From Anaeramoeba ignava BMAN (Eukaryota; Protista; Anaeramoebae): a stretch of DNA of 64,000 nucleotides. Shown here piece by piece: positions 60,546-64,000 of this stretch. The DNA lies in contig JAPDFW010000066.1 of the NCBI GenBank assembly GCA_028826165.1, forward strand, positions 124,001 through 188,000. The letters run 5' to 3'. The notes under the pieces are model-generated. The model saw only the letters and a list, made by a program, of their open reading frames with translations, was not told the origin of the DNA and did not search any database. The translations under genes and the position numbers were made by a program. Position 1 is the first letter of the stretch, and each line of letters starts with the position of its first letter.

Positions 60546-63500
60546 TCAAAACAATTTGTAAATATGACTTTGTAAATTTAACCAGTATAAAAGAAAGATG
60601 ATAAAAATAATCTCAAAAATGATAAAAAATATCCAAAAACCTGCTCTGCTTTTCTTTTCAATTTGACCTGAAAATAACTTTGTTTGGGTTTCAAAAGCAA
60701 CATGTTCAAATCTATTATTAAGAAATTCAGCTGAACGTCTGATCTCTTTAATTTGATCAACAACATTTGTTGTTGTTTCTACCAAGTTTTCTGTGTTACG
60801 AGTTACTTCACTCAAAAAAGATGTTTGTATTCTTGTATATAAATTTTCTAGTTCTTGCATTGTCTGTAAATTTTTTTTCGAATCTCTTTATAAATTTTTT
60901 TTTGTTTTTCGTCAATTTCTTGTAATTGAATTTTTTTTATTTTAATTTTTTTTTAATTTTACATATCAAGTCTAAAAATTGTATAAAACAAATCGATAAT
61001 TTTATCAAGATAGAGAGTTTGTCTGTCTTTTTCTACTAAATTTTCGATTAATGAAATTTCTTGTTCAACTTCTGCAATTAAATTATTATCCACTTGTTGA
61101 AGTAAATCCAAAATTTTCTGTTTATCGAATGATTCTTTTATTTCTTGATTGTTTTTGTCTTTTTCGAGTCTTTCAGAAATTAATTCGTTAAGATCATAAG
61201 TGAAAGTTTCGTAAACTTTCAAAGAGTAAATATAATGATATGCTATTTTTTGTTTTTTGTTTATATTTAAATATTGATGATAAAATGGCTTATTTTCTTT
61301 GATTTAAAACAAACATTGAAATTTTAAGTTTGTGAATGTAAGTCCGAAATAATAATCTTTTGGGATTTGCAATTTTTTTGATTCAAACGAAACCCATTCT
61401 CCGTTTGATTTTTCATCGAAATCAACCTTAAAAAAGAAAGAAGATTAATTTTAGAAAATTTGATATTTATAAATAAGTTTACTTTAAGTATTCCTTCGAA
61501 ATAACTAATTTTTATTTTTGTTTTTTCTTTCAAACCGAAATAATTGATAGGATGTTCAAACAAAGTTTGTTTTTGTAGCATATCATTTGACATTGTTTGA
61601 TATAAAATTTCAAGTCTTGTCTATTTATATTGTTAGTATCAAAACCAATTTCAATTTTAATTTCAAAAATAAATTCAAAGATTTAAATACAGATGATAAA
61701 AGAACTGCTAATCCTTCAAATCTATCTGTGTTTCCAAATAAATATCCTTCTTTTTTTCGTTGTTTTGTATACCAAAAACCAATTCCATCGAAATCTGTTT
61801 CAATTTTTTGGCTTGGACCTGATTGTAATTCGATTTCACACATCCAATCTCTTGAGTCTTGGGTCTAAAATATTCATTTAATTTTATTTATAATTTTATT
61901 TATAATTTAATTTATAATTTAATTTATATTTTTATTTATAATTTAATTTATAATTTAATTTATATTTTTATTTATAATTTAATTTATAATTTAATTTATA
62001 ATTTTATTTATAATTTTATTTATTATTTTATTTATATTTTTATTTATAATTTTATTTATAATTTAATTTATAATTTAATTTATAAATTTAATTTATAATT
62101 TTATTTATATTTTTATTTATAATTTTATTAATTTTATTTATAATTTTATTTATAATTTTATTTATATTTATATTTATATTTTTATTTATAATTTTATTTA
62201 TAATTTTATTTATATTTTTATTTATAATTTAATTTATAATTTTATTTATAATTTAATTTATAATTTTATTTATATTTTAATTTATAATTTTATTTATAAT
62301 TTAATTTATAATTTTATTAATAATTTTATTTATAATTTTATTTATAATTTTATTTATAAATTTAATTTATATTTTATTTATAAATTTTTATTTATAATTT
62401 TATTTATTATTTTATTTATTATTTAATTTATAATTTTATTTATAATTTAATTTATAATTTTATTTATAATTTAATTTATAATTTTATTTATTTATAATTT
62501 ATATTTATAATTTTATTTATAATTTTATTTATAATTTTATTTTATTTTTATTTTATTTTAAATTTTATTTATAATTTAATTTTATTTAATTTTTAATTTA
62601 TATTTTTAATTTATAATTTTATTTATAATTTTATTTATTATTTTATTTATATTTTTTTTTTATAATTTTATTTATAATTTTTATTTATTATTTTATTTTA
62701 TTTTTTATTTTAATTTTTATTTTATAATTTTAATTTATAATTTAATTTATAATTTTATTTTTTTTATAATTTAATTTATAATTTTATTTATAATTTTATT
62801 TATAATTTTTTTATAATTTTATTTATAATTTTATTTTTATTTTATTTTATAATTTTTTATTTATAATTTTATTTATAATTTTATTTTATAATTTTATTTA
62901 TAATTTTTATTTATAATTTTATTTATAATTTTATTTATAATTTTATTTATAATTTTATTTATAATTTTATTTACAATTTTATTTATATTTTATTTTATAA
63001 TTTTATTTTTAATTTATATTTTATAATTTTATTTATAATTTTATTTATAATTTTATTTATAATTTTATTTATAATTTTATTTATAATTAGTATTTTATAA
63101 TTTATTTATATTTTTAATTTTATTATATTTATATTTTATTTTATAATTTTATTTATATTTTTATTTATAATTTTATTTATAATTTTATTTATAATTTTAT
63201 TTTATAATTTTATTTATAATTTTATTTATATTTTTTATTTATAATTTTATTTATATTTTTATTTATAATTTTATTTATAATTTTATTTTAATTTTATTTA
63301 TAATTTTATTTATAATTTTAATTTATAATTTTTATTTTATTTATAATTTTATTTATAATTTTATTTATAATTTAATTTATAATTTAATTTTAATTTATAA
63401 TTTTATTTTTAATTTAATTTATAATTTTATTTATAATTTATTTTATTATTTTATTTTTATTTTTAATTTTATAATTTAATTTATAATTTAATTTATAATT

Positions 63501-64000
63501 TTATTTATAATTTTATTTATAATTTTATTTATAATTTTTATTTATATTTTAATTTATAATTTTATTTTAATTTTATTTTATTTTTAATTTATATTTTAAT
63601 TTATAATTTAATTTATAATTTTATTTATAATTTAATTTATAATTTTAATTTATAATTTTATTTATAATTTTATTTATAATTTTATTTATAATTTTATTTA
63701 TAATTTTATTTATAATTTTATTTATAATTTTATTTATAATTTAATTTATAATTTTATTTATAATTTTATTTATAATTTAATTTATTATTTATTTATAATT
63801 TAATTTATAATTTTATTTATAATTTAATTTATAATTTAATTTATAATTTAATTTACATCTTTTGCCCAAATTGAACCTATAGGTTCTTTATTTCTAGTTA
63901 AAATAATTTTGTCTGGTTGTGTGAATATATTTTGACTTTCCCAAGTTTGCATTATATTACTAAATGAAGGAGGGATAAGAGAAAGTTTTGGATTTAAAAC
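60546..64000 (-). CDS. L-type lectin cargo receptor (ERGIC-53/LMAN1/Emp47-like), at least 6 exons, 5' end outside the window
   Basis: IILTRNKEPIGSIWAK|...DWMCEIEL...DGIGFWYTK...LFGNTDRFEGLAVLL...IPKDYYFGLT; coiled-coil stalk, TM helix and a short tail ending YKLF (KKFF-like). Confidence 0.8.
61870..63855. repeat. Intronic 12-bp minisatellite (TTTATTTATAAT)n, ~2 kb, almost purely A/T
   Basis: Fills a lectin-gene intron. Confidence 0.92.

Overview
Extremely AT-rich eukaryotic (protist) genomic DNA in the standard genetic code, with dense GT-AG spliced genes, many of whose introns are filled with microsatellites. The BTB-BACK-TLDc expansion, TCATTTT initiator-like motifs and base composition suggest an Anaeramoeba-like metamonad (inference). 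About 23 genes could be reconstructed by hand: VPS11, a CPBP/Abi protease, a neurobeachin-like BEACH protein, an HMG-box protein, a small Cys-rich single-pass membrane protein with a predicted 8-nt micro-exon, seven BTB-BACK-TLDc genes (five in tandem), two orphan paralogs, a DUF2415/Gid11-like WD40 protein, a copine, a RimJ/RimL GNAT, a PAS protein, a 2xRRM low-complexity protein, a U-box/ARM protein, an SPFH protein, a PQ-loop protein and an ERGIC-53-like lectin. The most unusual locus is 23.7-28.1 kb. Two divergent orphan paralogs share a 3' cassette that is present as 2 copies after the first gene and amplified into a 22-unit array after the second; the array has a constant, palindromically structured ~58-bp repeat and variable-length spacers (CRISPR-like in layout, but not a CRISPR). 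Also notable are Inr-like TCATTTT clusters before most ATGs, A-rich 3' splice sites, a 5'-A to 3'-T synonymous codon gradient, and a mosaic BTB-TLDc array. Several single-base frameshifts in homopolymers are most likely assembly errors.
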